This document shows, one piece after another, positions 18,072 to 28,739 of a stretch of 34,720 bases of DNA. The number at the start of each line of letters is the position of its first letter. The stretch's first letter is position 1. Both the position numbers and the translations under genes were made by a program. Location: the sequence record DRR378314_1954. One strand, 5' to 3'. The notes beneath the pieces are model-generated. The model was not told the origin of the DNA. It made no database searches and saw only the letters and a list, made by a program, of their open reading frames with translations.

Positions 18072-19124
18072 ATGAAGATCAAAACAATTCTGACCGCGGC
18101 AACCGCGGCCATTGCATTTGCGTCTGCGGCCTATGCCGATGGACTCGTCGGTATTGCGATGCCCACCAAGTCTTCGGCCCGCTGGATCGCCGACGGCAAC
18201 AATATGGTCAAGGAACTGCAAGCCGCCGGTTATGACACCGACCTGCAATACGCCGAAGACGATATCCCCAACCAACTGGCGCAGATCGAAAATATGATCA
18301 CCAAGGGCGTTGACGTCCTTGTAATTGCCGCGATCGATGGCACCACCCTTTCCAACGCATTGGAAAATGCCGCGGCCTCCGGCGTGCGCGTCATCGCATA
18401 TGACAGGCTGATCCGGGATTCCGGCGATGTCGACTACTATGCAACCTTTGATAACTTTAAGGTTGGCGTTCAACAGGCCAGCAGCCTTGTGGACGGGCTG
18501 AAAGCTCGCTTCGGCGACAGCCCCTACAATATCGAGTTGTTCGGTGGCAGCCCCGACGACAACAACGCCTATTTCTTCTATGATGGCGCAATGAGCGTGC
18601 TGCAGCCGATGATCGACGATGGCACTGTAGTTGTGCAATCCGAGCAGATGGGCATGGACAAGGTCGGCACTCTGCGCTGGGACGGCGCGGTGGCACAGGC
18701 TCGGATGGATAACATCCTCTCTGCCAATTATACCGACAAGTCCATTCACGGCGTACTGTCACCTTATGATGGTCTGTCCATTGGTATCCTCTCCTCGCTC
18801 AAGGGTGTTGGCTACGGTTCTGGTGATCAGAAGATGCCGATCGTGTCCGGTCAGGACGCAGAGGTCCCCTCGATCAAGTCGATCCTCGCAGGCGAACAAT
18901 ACTCTACCGTCTTCAAGGACACCCGCGAGCTGGCGAAGGTCACGGTGGGCATGGTCGATGCGGTCCTGGGTGGCGCCGAACCAGAGATCAACGACACCAC
19001 CACCTACAACAACGGTGTCAAAGTGGTCCCCGCCTATCTGTTGGAACCCGTCGCGGTCGACGCTTCCAACTGGGAAGAAATCCTGATTGGCTCCGGCTAC
19101 TACACCGAAGATCAGGTCAAGTAA
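18072..19124 (+). CDS. chvE: Multiple monosaccharide ABC transporter substrate-binding protein
   Basis: GGAGG RBS, signal peptide, and [36 protein letters not shown] motifs. Confidence 0.93.
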   Translation: MKIKTILTAATAAIAFASAAYADGLVGIAMPTKSSARWIADGNNMVKELQAAGYDTDLQYAEDDIPNQLAQIENMITKGVDVLVIAAIDGTTLSNALENAAASGVRVIAYDRLIRDSGDVDYYATFDNFKVGVQQASSLVDGLKARFGDSPYNIELFGGSPDDNNAYFFYDGAMSVLQPMIDDGTVVVQSEQMGMDKVGTLRWDGAVAQARMDNILSANYTDKSIHGVLSPYDGLSIGILSSLKGVGYGSGDQKMPIVSGQDAEVPSIKSILAGEQYSTVFKDTRELAKVTVGMVDAVLGGAEPEINDTTTYNNGVKVVPAYLLEPVAVDASNWEEILIGSGYYTEDQVK

Positions 19125-19140
19125 GCCGAACCTCCCTGAC

Positions 19141-19176
19141 CCGTCCGCCGCTTGATACCTTCAATCGCGGGCGGGG
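19141..19176 (+). other. Intercistronic stem-loop after chvE
   Basis: GC-rich imperfect hairpin CCGTCCGC...GCGGGCGG between the binding-protein and ATPase genes. Confidence 0.45.
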
Positions 19177-19199
19177 CTTCAACTTAGAAAGAGGCCACA

Positions 19200-20717
19200 A
19201 TGACCGCGCTTCTTGAAATGCGTTCGATCACTAAAGAATTCCCGGGCGTCAAGGCGCTCGACCAGGTGAACCTGAAGGTTTCCCAAGGCGAAATTCACGC
19301 GATCTGCGGTGAAAACGGTGCCGGGAAATCCACCCTAATGAAGGTTCTGTCCGGTGTGTATCCCGCTGGAAGTTATGACGGTGAAATCCACTACGATGGC
19401 ACAGTTGCCGAGTTTTCCGGCATTCGCGACAGCGAAGACCGCGGTATCATCATCATTCATCAGGAACTCGCGCTGGTGCCGCAACTGTCGATTGCTGAGA
19501 ACATCTATCTTGGCAATGAAACATCCAGGGCCGGGGTGATAGACTGGCATGAGGCCAATCACCGCACCGAAGTGCTGTTGAAGAAGGTTGGCCTGAAAGA
19601 AAACCCAACCACACTGATTGATAGTCTCGGCGTCGGTAAGCAGCAGCTCGTCGAGATTGCCAAGGCGCTCTCCAAGGACGTGAAACTTCTGATCCTCGAC
19701 GAACCAACTGCGGCGTTGCAGGAAAACGATTCCCGCAAATTGCTTGATCTGATGCTGGAGTTGAAGGCGCAGGGCGTCACTTCGATCATCATTTCACACA
19801 AGCTGAACGAGGTCGGGTATGTCGCCGATACCGTCACAGTGATCCGTGACGGCATGTCCGTCTCGACGCTGGATGCCAAGGCAGGCCTGTCTGAGGATGA
19901 TATCGTGCGCGACATGGTGGGCCGGGATATGTCTGACCGTTACCCTGATCGAGAGCGCCGGGCCGGTGAGATGTTGATGGAAGTCGAAGGCTGGAATGTC
20001 TGGCACCCCGAACATGCTGATCGCCAGGTGATCCGTGATATCTCGATGAACGTGCGCGCCGGAGAGGTGGTCGGCATCGCCGGTCTCATGGGTTCTGGGC
20101 GTACCGAACTGGCCATGTCGATATTCGGCCAATCCTACGGGCGCGGCATCGAGGGCAAGGTCCGGCTGCACGGTCAGCCGGCAGATATATCCAGGGTTGA
20201 CCGGGCCATCAAGTCCGGGCTGGCCTATGTGACCGAGGACCGCAAGCACCTGGGCCTGATCCTGGATGAGACCATCCGATTCAACACGACACTCGCCCAT
20301 CTGGAGACGGTATCGCGCGGCGGCGTATTGGACGGACACGCAGAAACCGACGTAGCCGAAAAATACCGCAAGGCGCTCCGCACGCGCACCCCGTCGGTGT
20401 TTCAGAAGGTCGGAAACCTGTCCGGGGGCAATCAGCAAAAGGTGGTGCTCGCCAAGTGGCTCAATACCGACCCCGAGGTGCTGATCCTAGATGAGCCGAC
20501 TCGCGGCATCGACGTTGGGGCCAAGTATGAAATTTACGCGATTATCAACGAGCTGTCGGCACAGGGCAAAGGGGTCATCATGATCTCGTCCGAGATGCCT
20601 GAACTCCTGGGCATGTGTGACCGCATCTACGTCATGAACGAAGGCGCATTTGTCGGCGAGCTCGCCGCCGCCGAAGCCAGTCAAGAGCGCATCATGTCGC
20701 TCATCGTCAACGAATAA
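19200..20717 (+). CDS. mmsA: Sugar ABC transporter ATP-binding protein (MmsA/GguA)
   Basis: GENGAGKST, two ABC domains, LSGGNQQK and [13 protein letters not shown]. Confidence 0.93.
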   Translation: MTALLEMRSITKEFPGVKALDQVNLKVSQGEIHAICGENGAGKSTLMKVLSGVYPAGSYDGEIHYDGTVAEFSGIRDSEDRGIIIIHQELALVPQLSIAENIYLGNETSRAGVIDWHEANHRTEVLLKKVGLKENPTTLIDSLGVGKQQLVEIAKALSKDVKLLILDEPTAALQENDSRKLLDLMLELKAQGVTSIIISHKLNEVGYVADTVTVIRDGMSVSTLDAKAGLSEDDIVRDMVGRDMSDRYPDRERRAGEMLMEVEGWNVWHPEHADRQVIRDISMNVRAGEVVGIAGLMGSGRTELAMSIFGQSYGRGIEGKVRLHGQPADISRVDRAIKSGLAYVTEDRKHLGLILDETIRFNTTLAHLETVSRGGVLDGHAETDVAEKYRKALRTRTPSVFQKVGNLSGGNQQKVVLAKWLNTDPEVLILDEPTRGIDVGAKYEIYAIINELSAQGKGVIMISSEMPELLGMCDRIYVMNEGAFVGELAAAEASQERIMSLIVNE

Positions 20718-20730
20718 AGGGAACACAGGG

Positions 20731-21945
20731 ATGATGACGACCACCGACAAGGGCATCAAGGCCCATCTGGCCGGCCACATGCGCGATTACGGCCTTCTGT
20801 TTGCGTTGATCTCGATCATGGGCTTTTTCCAGATCGTCACCGGCGGGACACTATTGCGGCCTGTGAACATCACCAACCTGTTCCTGCAAAACAGCTACAT
20901 CATCATCATGGCGCTCGGCATGCTGATCGTCATCGTGGCCGGACATATTGACCTTTCGGTCGGCTCTGTCATGGGGTTTGTCGGCGCACTTGCCGCTGTC
21001 TTGATCGTTGATCAGGACCTTCCCGTTCCCATCACCATTGCGCTTTGCCTGATAATGGGGGGCTTGATCGGAGCAGCCCAAGGCTATTTCGTTGCTTTCT
21101 GGCGCATTCCCTCCTTCATCGTGACCCTGGCGGGCATGCTGGTGTTTCGCGGGCTGTCGCTTTGGCTCCTTGAGGGTCAGTCCGTCGGCCCTTTCCCCAA
21201 GAACTTCCAGATCCTGTCTACCGGCTTTGTGCCGGAGCTCTTTCCGGCCTCGATAGGCGAAGCACTGGCAGACGTCTTTGGCAGTCGAAAATTCAATGTT
21301 CTGTCCTTTGGTCTTGGCATTCTGGGTGCCGGCGCGGTGATCCGTATGGGGATGAAGAAACGCGCCCGGAATGCGCAATACGGTATCGAAGATGAGCCCA
21401 CTGGCCTGTTCTGGGCCCGCACAGCGATCATTTCGACCGCCATCGTGTTCCTGATGTTCAAACTGTCCACGTTCCGGGGCTTGCCCAATGTGGTGGTGAC
21501 CATGGGCGTGCTGATCATGATTTACGCCTTCGTCACTGAACGAACTGTCGTCGGACGGCGCATCTATGCGCTGGGAGGCAATGAAAAGGCGGCCAAGCTC
21601 TCTGGCATCAAGACCGAACGCCTGACCTTCCTTGCCTTCGTGAACATGGGGGTTCTGGCCGCCCTCGCCGGCCTCATCTTTGCAGCCCGCCTGAACACCG
21701 CAACACCGAAAGCAGGCTTTGCACTCGAACTCGATGTGATCGCAGCCGTGTTCATCGGCGGTGCATCAATGTCCGGAGGATCGGGCAAAATCATCGGTGC
21801 AGTGGTCGGTGCCTTCATCATGGGCGTGATGAACAACGGCATGTCGATCATGGGTATCGGTATTGATTACCAGCAGGTGATCAAGGGGCTGGTACTGCTC
21901 TCAGCCGTCTTCTTCGACGTCTACAACAAGAACAAGCAGGCCTGA
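20731..21945 (+). CDS. mmsB: Sugar ABC transporter permease (MmsB/GguB)
   Basis: GHIDLSVGS, IPSFIVTLAGML, GRRIYALGGNEKAA and ELDVIAAVFIGG motifs. Confidence 0.93.
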   Translation: MMTTTDKGIKAHLAGHMRDYGLLFALISIMGFFQIVTGGTLLRPVNITNLFLQNSYIIIMALGMLIVIVAGHIDLSVGSVMGFVGALAAVLIVDQDLPVPITIALCLIMGGLIGAAQGYFVAFWRIPSFIVTLAGMLVFRGLSLWLLEGQSVGPFPKNFQILSTGFVPELFPASIGEALADVFGSRKFNVLSFGLGILGAGAVIRMGMKKRARNAQYGIEDEPTGLFWARTAIISTAIVFLMFKLSTFRGLPNVVVTMGVLIMIYAFVTERTVVGRRIYALGGNEKAAKLSGIKTERLTFLAFVNMGVLAALAGLIFAARLNTATPKAGFALELDVIAAVFIGGASMSGGSGKIIGAVVGAFIMGVMNNGMSIMGIGIDYQQVIKGLVLLSAVFFDVYNKNKQA

Positions 21946-21971
21946 GCGCCGCTTCGACAAAGGAACATCCC

Positions 21972-23717
21972 ATGGCGTTCACACCCGCAAAATGGCCCCG
22001 CAAACTGCGCTCTCAGGAATGGTATGGCGGCAACTCCCGCGATACGATCTACCACCGGGGTTGGTTGAAAAACCAAGGCTATCCGCATGACCTGTTTGAT
22101 GGACGCCCGATCATTGGCATCCTCAACACATTTTCCGAACTGTCGCCCTGCAACGGCATCCACATGAAAGAACTGGCAGAGAAGATCAAAGCCGGCATCT
22201 GGGAAACAGGCGGCTTTCCAGTAGAAGTTCCAGTGTTCTCAGCCTCGGAAAACACATTCCGCCCCTCGGCGATGATGTTCCGCAACCTCGCGGCGCTGTC
22301 GATCGAGGAAACCATCCGGGGCCAACCGATGGATGGCGCGGTCCTGATGGTAGGCTGCGACAAGACGACTCCGTCACTGATGATGGCAGCCGCCTCCTGT
22401 GACATTCCGTCGATCGTCGTGACCGGCGGACCAATGCTGAATGGCTATTTCCGCAACGAGCGTGTGGGCTCCGGTACTCACCTTTGGAAGTTCTCGGAAG
22501 CCGTAAAAGCAGGCGAGATGACTCAGGATGAATTCCTCGAGGCCGAGGCCTCGATGTCGCGCTCCACTGGCACATGCAACACCATGGGCACCGCGTCAAC
22601 GATGGCGTCGATGGCGGAAAGCCTCGGCATGGCGCTGTCCGGAAATGCTGCGATCCCTGCGGTGGACAGTCGTCGCCGCGTGATCGCGCAATTGTCGGGG
22701 CGCCGTATCGTGCAGATGGTGAAAGACGACCTGAAACCGTCGGATGTCATGACCAGGGCCGCCTTTGAGAACGCGATCCGCACCAATGCGGCCATTGGCG
22801 GATCGACCAATGCCGTCATTCATCTGCTGGCGCTCGCAGGCCGGGTTGGGCTCGACCTTACCTTGGAGGACTGGGATCGTTGCGGTCGCGAAGTGCCGAC
22901 GATCGTGAACCTGATGCCCTCGGGAAAATATCTTATGGAAGAATTCTTCTATGCAGGCGGCCTGCCGGTGGTCCTGAAACGCCTCGGAGATGGCGGGATG
23001 CTGAACAAGGACGCGATCACCGTCTCCGGCACGTCGATCTGGGAGGAGGTACGTGAGGCCGTAAACTACAATGAAGACGTGATCCTGCCCACCGACAAGG
23101 CCCTGACCCAGTCGGGTGGAATAGTCGTAGTAAAGGGTAACCTTGCACCCAAAGGCGCGGTGCTCAAACCCTCTGCGGCCACTCCGGCCTTGCTCTCACA
23201 CCGCGGACGCGCCGTCGTCTTTGAGGATATCGACGACTACAAGTCCCGCATCAACGATCCCGATCTCGACATCGACGAGACCTGCATCATGGTGCTGAAG
23301 AACTGCGGGCCAAAGGGATACCCCGGCATGGCCGAAGTCGGCAACATGGGTCTGCCTCCGAAGATTTTGCAAAAGGGCATCACCGACATGGTGCGGATCT
23401 CTGATGCACGCATGTCCGGCACCGCCTATGGGACCGTGGTCCTGCACACATCGCCCGAAGCAGCAGCCGGCGGCCCTCTCGCAGTGGTCCGCAATGGCGA
23501 CATGATCGAACTGGACGTCACCGATCGCCGTCTGCATCTGGACGTCACCGATGAGGAACTGTCCGCCCGGTTGGAGGAGTGGACCCCTCTGCCCGATGGC
23601 CCCGACAGCGGCTACGCCTGGCTACACCAACGCCACGTCGAAGGCGCAGACACCGGGGCTGATCTCGATTTCCTCAAGGGTTGTCGCGGAAATCCCGTCG
23701 GAAAGGACAGCCATTGA
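21972..23717 (+). CDS. L-arabinonate dehydratase (IlvD/Edd family)
   Basis: RKLRSQEWY N-terminus, GCDKTTP, GTCNTMGTASTM and SDARMSGTAYG. Sugar operon context. Confidence 0.88.
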   Translation: MAFTPAKWPRKLRSQEWYGGNSRDTIYHRGWLKNQGYPHDLFDGRPIIGILNTFSELSPCNGIHMKELAEKIKAGIWETGGFPVEVPVFSASENTFRPSAMMFRNLAALSIEETIRGQPMDGAVLMVGCDKTTPSLMMAAASCDIPSIVVTGGPMLNGYFRNERVGSGTHLWKFSEAVKAGEMTQDEFLEAEASMSRSTGTCNTMGTASTMASMAESLGMALSGNAAIPAVDSRRRVIAQLSGRRIVQMVKDDLKPSDVMTRAAFENAIRTNAAIGGSTNAVIHLLALAGRVGLDLTLEDWDRCGREVPTIVNLMPSGKYLMEEFFYAGGLPVVLKRLGDGGMLNKDAITVSGTSIWEEVREAVNYNEDVILPTDKALTQSGGIVVVKGNLAPKGAVLKPSAATPALLSHRGRAVVFEDIDDYKSRINDPDLDIDETCIMVLKNCGPKGYPGMAEVGNMGLPPKILQKGITDMVRISDARMSGTAYGTVVLHTSPEAAAGGPLAVVRNGDMIELDVTDRRLHLDVTDEELSARLEEWTPLPDGPDSGYAWLHQRHVEGADTGADLDFLKGCRGNPVGKDSH

Positions 23718-24646
23718 TGGATATCGCACTCATCGGCATCGGCAAGATTGCACTGGACCAGCATGTGCCCGCAATCAATGCTTCGCCCGATTTCACCCTA
23801 GCGGCAACCGTATCCCGGCGTGGCTCCGTCGATGGCGTGGAAAGCTATCTCGACATCGACGCCTTGCTGGCCGCGCGCGACGATATCCGTGTCGTCTCCC
23901 TGTGCCTGCCTCCGGTGCCCCGTTTTGAGGTGGCGGTCCGGGCAATCCAGGCAGGTCGCCATGTGATGCTGGAAAAACCGCCCGGCGCAACCCTGGCGGA
24001 ATGCTACCAGCTGGAGGCGATGGCCCGCGACCACGGTGTCTCGCTCTTTGCCACCTGGCATTCGCGCGAAGCCGAGATGGTAGTGGTAGCCAAGACCTGG
24101 CTGCGGGACAAGGTCCTGAAAACATTGCAGGTCACGTGGAAAGAGGACGTGCGCCGCTGGCACCCCGGTCAGGAGTGGATCTGGGAACCGGGCGGCATGG
24201 GCGTCTTCGACCCAGGGATCAACGCACTCTCGATCGTGACGGAGATTCTCCCGCATGACATCCACCTGCACAGCGCCGCACTGGACGTGCCGGAAAATCG
24301 CCAGACCCCGATCGCCGCAAAGCTGGATTTTCTTCACCCAGAGGGCGCCGAGGTCCGCGCCATATTTGATTGGCGCCACGACGGTATCCAGACCTGGACC
24401 ATAGAGGCTGAAACCGATGCCGGAACACTCACGCTGCTGGACGGCGGCGCTCGCTTATTGATCAATGACGCCGAGCAAACCCCGGATCAAGGCGCGCGGC
24501 ACTCTGGGGAATATCCCCGTCTTTACAACAAGATGGCGAGCCTACTCAGAGAGGGAGGAGTCGATATGGACCTGCGCCCAATGATCCACACTTGCGATGC
24601 GCTGGCCCTCGGCCACCGGAACCGTGTCGCCCCCTTCATCGAATAA
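23717..24646 (+). CDS. Gfo/Idh/MocA oxidoreductase, L-arabinose/D-galactose 1-dehydrogenase
   Basis: GIGKIALDQH, LEKPPGAT, WKEDVRRWHPGQEWIW and GVFDPGINALS. TGATG coupling to the upstream gene. Confidence 0.88.
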   Translation: MDIALIGIGKIALDQHVPAINASPDFTLAATVSRRGSVDGVESYLDIDALLAARDDIRVVSLCLPPVPRFEVAVRAIQAGRHVMLEKPPGATLAECYQLEAMARDHGVSLFATWHSREAEMVVVAKTWLRDKVLKTLQVTWKEDVRRWHPGQEWIWEPGGMGVFDPGINALSIVTEILPHDIHLHSAALDVPENRQTPIAAKLDFLHPEGAEVRAIFDWRHDGIQTWTIEAETDAGTLTLLDGGARLLINDAEQTPDQGARHSGEYPRLYNKMASLLREGGVDMDLRPMIHTCDALALGHRNRVAPFIE

Positions 24647-24664
24647 CGCGAAAGACGACATCAC

Positions 24665-25582
24665 ATGAAACATCCGCTGACTGGCATTCTTCCCGTTGCT
24701 CCGACCCCGTTTCACGACGATGGCCGCGTGGACGAAGAGGGCATGAAACGCGTACTGGATTGCATGATCGATCAGGGTGCCGATGCGATCTGCATTCTTG
24801 CGAATTACTCCGAACAGTTCGTGCTATCCGATGCCGAGCGCGCAACACTCACCCGGCTGTCGCTCGAACATGTTGCCGGCCGTGTGCCCATGATCGTCAC
24901 CATCTCCCATTTTTCTGACGCAATCACCGTCAAGCGTGCGGTGGAAGCTCAGGCGCTTGGCGCAGCAATGGTGATGATGATGCCTCCCTATCATGGCATC
25001 GGTCTGGTCCCACCGGAACATGCGATCTTTGGCCAGTTTAAAGCCGTCTCGGACGCAATCGACATTCCCATCATGGTGCAGGACGCGCCGCTTTCCGGGG
25101 TGACACTTTCAATACCGTTTCTGGTCCGCATGGCGCGGGAAATCGAGAATGTCTCCTACTTCAAAATGGAAACTCCCTTCGCGGCTGACAAGCTGGCCGC
25201 GCTGATCGAACAGGGCGGCGATCACATCATCGGCCCCTTCGATGGCGAAGAGGCGGTGACCCTGCTGGCAGATCTCGACGCGGGCTGCACCGGCACTATG
25301 ACCTCTGCCCTGCAACCGGAGAAGATCCGTCCGATCCTCATGGACTACCACGCGGGCAACATCGACGCCGCGCTGTCGCAGTGGCGCATGTGCCTGCCGC
25401 TGATCAATCATGAGAACCGCCAATGTGGGCTAAGGGCGTCCAAGACCGTGATGATGGCAGGGGGCGTCATCGGATCCGATCATGTGCGCGCACCTTTGCA
25501 ACCCATGAGCCAGCGCACCAAAGACCGGTTGCTGCACCTTTCCAAAGATCTCGATGTGATTGCCCTGTCCTGGGGCAAGTAA
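24665..25582 (+). CDS. DapA-family 2-keto-3-deoxy-L-arabinonate dehydratase
   Basis: PVAPTPF, CILANYSEQF, MVQDAP, YFKME and GPFDGEE. Position in the arabinose operon. Confidence 0.85.
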   Translation: MKHPLTGILPVAPTPFHDDGRVDEEGMKRVLDCMIDQGADAICILANYSEQFVLSDAERATLTRLSLEHVAGRVPMIVTISHFSDAITVKRAVEAQALGAAMVMMMPPYHGIGLVPPEHAIFGQFKAVSDAIDIPIMVQDAPLSGVTLSIPFLVRMAREIENVSYFKMETPFAADKLAALIEQGGDHIIGPFDGEEAVTLLADLDAGCTGTMTSALQPEKIRPILMDYHAGNIDAALSQWRMCLPLINHENRQCGLRASKTVMMAGGVIGSDHVRAPLQPMSQRTKDRLLHLSKDLDVIALSWGK

Positions 25583-25593
25583 GGAGCTTTTCG

Positions 25594-27108
25594 ATGACAT
25601 TCACCCCGCACGGCAAACATCTGATCGCAGGCGCGTGGGTCAGTACTGAAACAACGTTTCTTTCCGACCCTGCCCAAGGCGCAGCACATGCCTTCTCTGC
25701 CGGTACGGTAGATCTGGTCGACAGCGCCTGCACCGCGGCGGAAGACGCGTTCTGGAACTATGGCTATACCACACGCGAAACCCGCGCCGCCTTCCTCAAC
25801 GCCATCGCCGACGAGATTGAGGCCAGAGGCGCGGCCATCACCGAAATTGGTTCGCAGGAGACCGGCCTGCCAGAGGCTCGCCTGCAAGGCGAACGTGGCC
25901 GCACCACGGGCCAGTTGCGCATGTTTGCTGAGCATATCCAGTCAGATGCCTATCTGGATCGTCGTCGCGATGCCGCACTGACGGATCGCGCCCCACTGCC
26001 ACGCCCCGATCTACGCATGATCCAACGCCCGATCGGCCCTGTTGCGGTGTTCGGCGCCTCGAACTTTCCGCTCGCCTTCTCGACCGCTGGCGGTGACACT
26101 GCGGCGGCGCTCGCCGCAGGCTGTCCGGTTGTCGTTAAGGGCCACGACGCCCACCCCGGGACAAGCGAGATCATCGCCGAAGCTATACATGCCGCCATCC
26201 TGAAAACTGAAATGCCCGCAGGAGTTTTCTCACTGGTTCAGGGTGGAGATCGCGCTGTCGGACAGGCATTGGTCCAGCATCCGCTGATCAACGCTGTCGG
26301 GTTTACAGGCTCTTTAGGCGGTGGGCGGGCCTTGTTCGATCTCTGCGCCCAACGCCCATCTCCCATTCCGTTCTATGGCGAATTGGGCTCGGTCAATCCG
26401 ATGTTCATGCTGCCCGCAGCTCTGGCCACCCGCGCCGCTGACCTAGGCAAGGGATGGGCCGGGTCACTGACCATGGGGGCAGGTCAGTTCTGCACCAATC
26501 CCGGCATTGCAGTTGTGATTGACGGGTCGGATGCAGACACCTTTGCCAATACCGCTTGCTCTACCCTGTCAGATGCTGGCGCCCAGGTCATGCTGACCAA
26601 AGGTATCTCCGACGCCTACACCGCCGGGGCCGCCATGATCGCTGCACAGCCGGGAGTGCAAACGTTGCTGAGCGCCGACTGCGGTCAGCGCGAGGCCAAA
26701 CCATTCCTGTTCAAGGTCACCGCCCAGGACTGGCTTGGAAATCACAACCTGCGTGAAGAAGTATTCGGGCCGCTCGGGCTGATCGTTGTCGCACAGGACG
26801 AGGCCGAACTGAGCACAGTTGCTCGCAGCGTCAATGGTCAGCTGACTGTAACGCTTCACATGGATGATGCTGACACTGCCCTCGGTCGCCGCCTGCTTCC
26901 GATTCTGGAACGCAAAGCTGGTCGTGTACTGGCCAATGGGTTCCCGACCGGCGTCGAGGTCTGCGACAGTATGGTTCACGGTGGGCCGTATCCGGCCTCA
27001 ACAAACTTTGGCGCAACATCCGTCGGGACGCTGTCTATCCGGCGGTTTCTGCGACCAGTTTGCTATCAGAATATTCCAGACCCGGTTCAGCCAGCCGATC
27101 TGGTCTGA
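25594..27108 (+). CDS. Alpha-ketoglutaric semialdehyde (2,5-dioxopentanoate) dehydrogenase
   Basis: AAGGAG RBS and ATG 25594. Full-length ALDH with FGASNFPLAFS, GELGS, GQFCTNPG and EEVFGP. Confidence 0.9.
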   Translation: MTFTPHGKHLIAGAWVSTETTFLSDPAQGAAHAFSAGTVDLVDSACTAAEDAFWNYGYTTRETRAAFLNAIADEIEARGAAITEIGSQETGLPEARLQGERGRTTGQLRMFAEHIQSDAYLDRRRDAALTDRAPLPRPDLRMIQRPIGPVAVFGASNFPLAFSTAGGDTAAALAAGCPVVVKGHDAHPGTSEIIAEAIHAAILKTEMPAGVFSLVQGGDRAVGQALVQHPLINAVGFTGSLGGGRALFDLCAQRPSPIPFYGELGSVNPMFMLPAALATRAADLGKGWAGSLTMGAGQFCTNPGIAVVIDGSDADTFANTACSTLSDAGAQVMLTKGISDAYTAGAAMIAAQPGVQTLLSADCGQREAKPFLFKVTAQDWLGNHNLREEVFGPLGLIVVAQDEAELSTVARSVNGQLTVTLHMDDADTALGRRLLPILERKAGRVLANGFPTGVEVCDSMVHGGPYPASTNFGATSVGTLSIRRFLRPVCYQNIPDPVQPADLV

Positions 27109-27121
27109 GATATTCAAGACT

Positions 27122-27144
27122 CGGGCGGCCTTTGTGGCTGCCCG
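27122..27144. terminator. Hairpin between convergent operons
   Basis: CGGGCGGCC-TTTGT-GGCTGCCCG. Confidence 0.55.
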
Positions 27145-27210
27145 CATTACATTCGCTGTTGGCGCACTGAGACGCGAACTCTGTCCGCAAAAACGAATTC
27201 GAACAGGCCG

Positions 27211-27936
27211 TCAGGCCGCGCCCAGCAAGAGATCACGCACCGCACTTGTAGCGGGGCTGTTGCGCAACACCTCGGGCGTGTCGAACTGCACGATGCGCCC
27301 CCGATCCATCACAGCAACGCGGTCAGCCAAATCCCAGGCCTCCGCCTGATCATGTGTAACCATGATCGCACCCACGCCGATCTTTTGCTGCAAGGCCCGT
27401 ACTGAGCCGCGCAAGGAGCGGCGCACCTGCGCGTCCAGCGCACTGAACGGCTCATCCATCAGCAAGAGCTTTGGGTTGATCGCCAAAGCCCGCGCCATGG
27501 CCACACGCTGTCGCTGTCCCCCAGACAGTTGCTGCGGGAACCGGTCGACCAGTTCCGTCAGGCCAATCATCTCCAGCAGCTCGCCGACCCTTGCACGCCG
27601 CTCCGCGCGCCCCGATCGTTCACGTCGGGGCAGAACCCTCAGACCAAAGGCAATATTGTCAGCCACAGTCATATGGCGAAAGAGCGCATAGTTCTGAAAC
27701 ACCATACCAAAGCGCCGATCTCCCGATGGCACCCGTGTTATGTCACGTCCATCCAGCATCAGGTGTCCCTGATCGGCATGCTGCAGACCCGCAATGATGT
27801 TCAGCAGTGTCGTTTTCCCGGACCCAGATGCCCCGAGCAGGGCAACAAACTCACCAGCGGCCATCGCGAGCGACACGCCCTTGAGCACCTCGGTACCGTT
27901 GAAACTCTTGTAAATGTCAGTTGCCTCAAACGTCAT
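27211..27936 (-). CDS. cysA: Sulfate/thiosulfate ABC transporter ATP-binding protein (short form)
   Basis: GASGSGKT, VFQNYALFRHMTVADNIAFGL, LSGGQRQR and MDEPF. Confidence 0.88.
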   Translation of the reverse strand: MTFEATDIYKSFNGTEVLKGVSLAMAAGEFVALLGASGSGKTTLLNIIAGLQHADQGHLMLDGRDITRVPSGDRRFGMVFQNYALFRHMTVADNIAFGLRVLPRRERSGRAERRARVGELLEMIGLTELVDRFPQQLSGGQRQRVAMARALAINPKLLLMDEPFSALDAQVRRSLRGSVRALQQKIGVGAIMVTHDQAEAWDLADRVAVMDRGRIVQFDTPEVLRNSPATSAVRDLLLGAA

Positions 27937-28736
27937 CAGGCATGTCCTTTTTTAGGGCCGAACCGGTTCAGAACACTTCGCAGAACGAGAGTCAGGAGCG
28001 CCAACGCCGTGAGCACGGTAGCAGCGGCAAAGGCACCGGTGGCGTTGTAGTCGTTGTAAAGAAGTTCAATTTGCAAGGGCAGCGTCATCGTTTCACCACG
28101 GATCGATCCGGCCACGACACTGACCGCACCAAACTCGCCCATGGCCCGCGCCGCCGTCAGCACTACCCCATAAACCAAACCCCACGAGATATGCGGCAAC
28201 ACAACAAACCGAAAGAGCTGCCAGCCATTCGCACCAAGCGTAATCGCTGCTTTTTCCTCGTCTTCACCTGTGACCATCAGCACCGGCAAAAGCTCCCGAA
28301 CCACAAACGGGCAGGTCACAAACAGCGAAACCAGCACGATACCAGTCAGATTGAACATCAACTGAATGCCATAGGGTGCAAGCGCTCCACCAACGGGCCC
28401 ATAGGCCCCGTAGACCAGCAGGAAACACAGCCCCGCAACGATCGGTGAAACGGCGAATGGCGCCTCGATCACGATCAGCAGTGCCCGACGACCGAAAAAG
28501 CGATAGCGCGCGATCAACCAAGCCGCAGCCACCCCGAAGACCACGTTGAGCGGCAGTACAATCAGTGCCGTCACCACCGTGAGTCGGATTGCAAGCAGGG
28601 TCTCAGGATCGAGGATAGCAGCCAAATAGACCGACACGCCCTCACTGAAAGCCCGATGGAACACCGCAGCCACCGGAATGGCAATCACGACGGTGACAAA
28701 GATGAAGGATAAAGCGATCAGCATGAAACGCGCCAA
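27936..28736 (-). CDS. cysW: Sulfate ABC transporter permease CysW
   Basis: PFAVSPIVAG, PFVVRELLP and ARAMGEFGAVSVV. TTG start with GGAGG RBS. Confidence 0.9.
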   Translation of the reverse strand: MARFMLIALSFIFVTVVIAIPVAAVFHRAFSEGVSVYLAAILDPETLLAIRLTVVTALIVLPLNVVFGVAAAWLIARYRFFGRRALLIVIEAPFAVSPIVAGLCFLLVYGAYGPVGGALAPYGIQLMFNLTGIVLVSLFVTCPFVVRELLPVLMVTGEDEEKAAITLGANGWQLFRFVVLPHISWGLVYGVVLTAARAMGEFGAVSVVAGSIRGETMTLPLQIELLYNDYNATGAFAAATVLTALALLTLVLRSVLNRFGPKKGHA

Positions 28737-28739
28737 ATT

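Noticed and set aside
23511-23552. 15-nt direct repeat CTGGACGTCACCGAT
   Set aside because: Only two copies, in frame within the dehydratase (LDVTD twice); not a CRISPR or target-site duplication.
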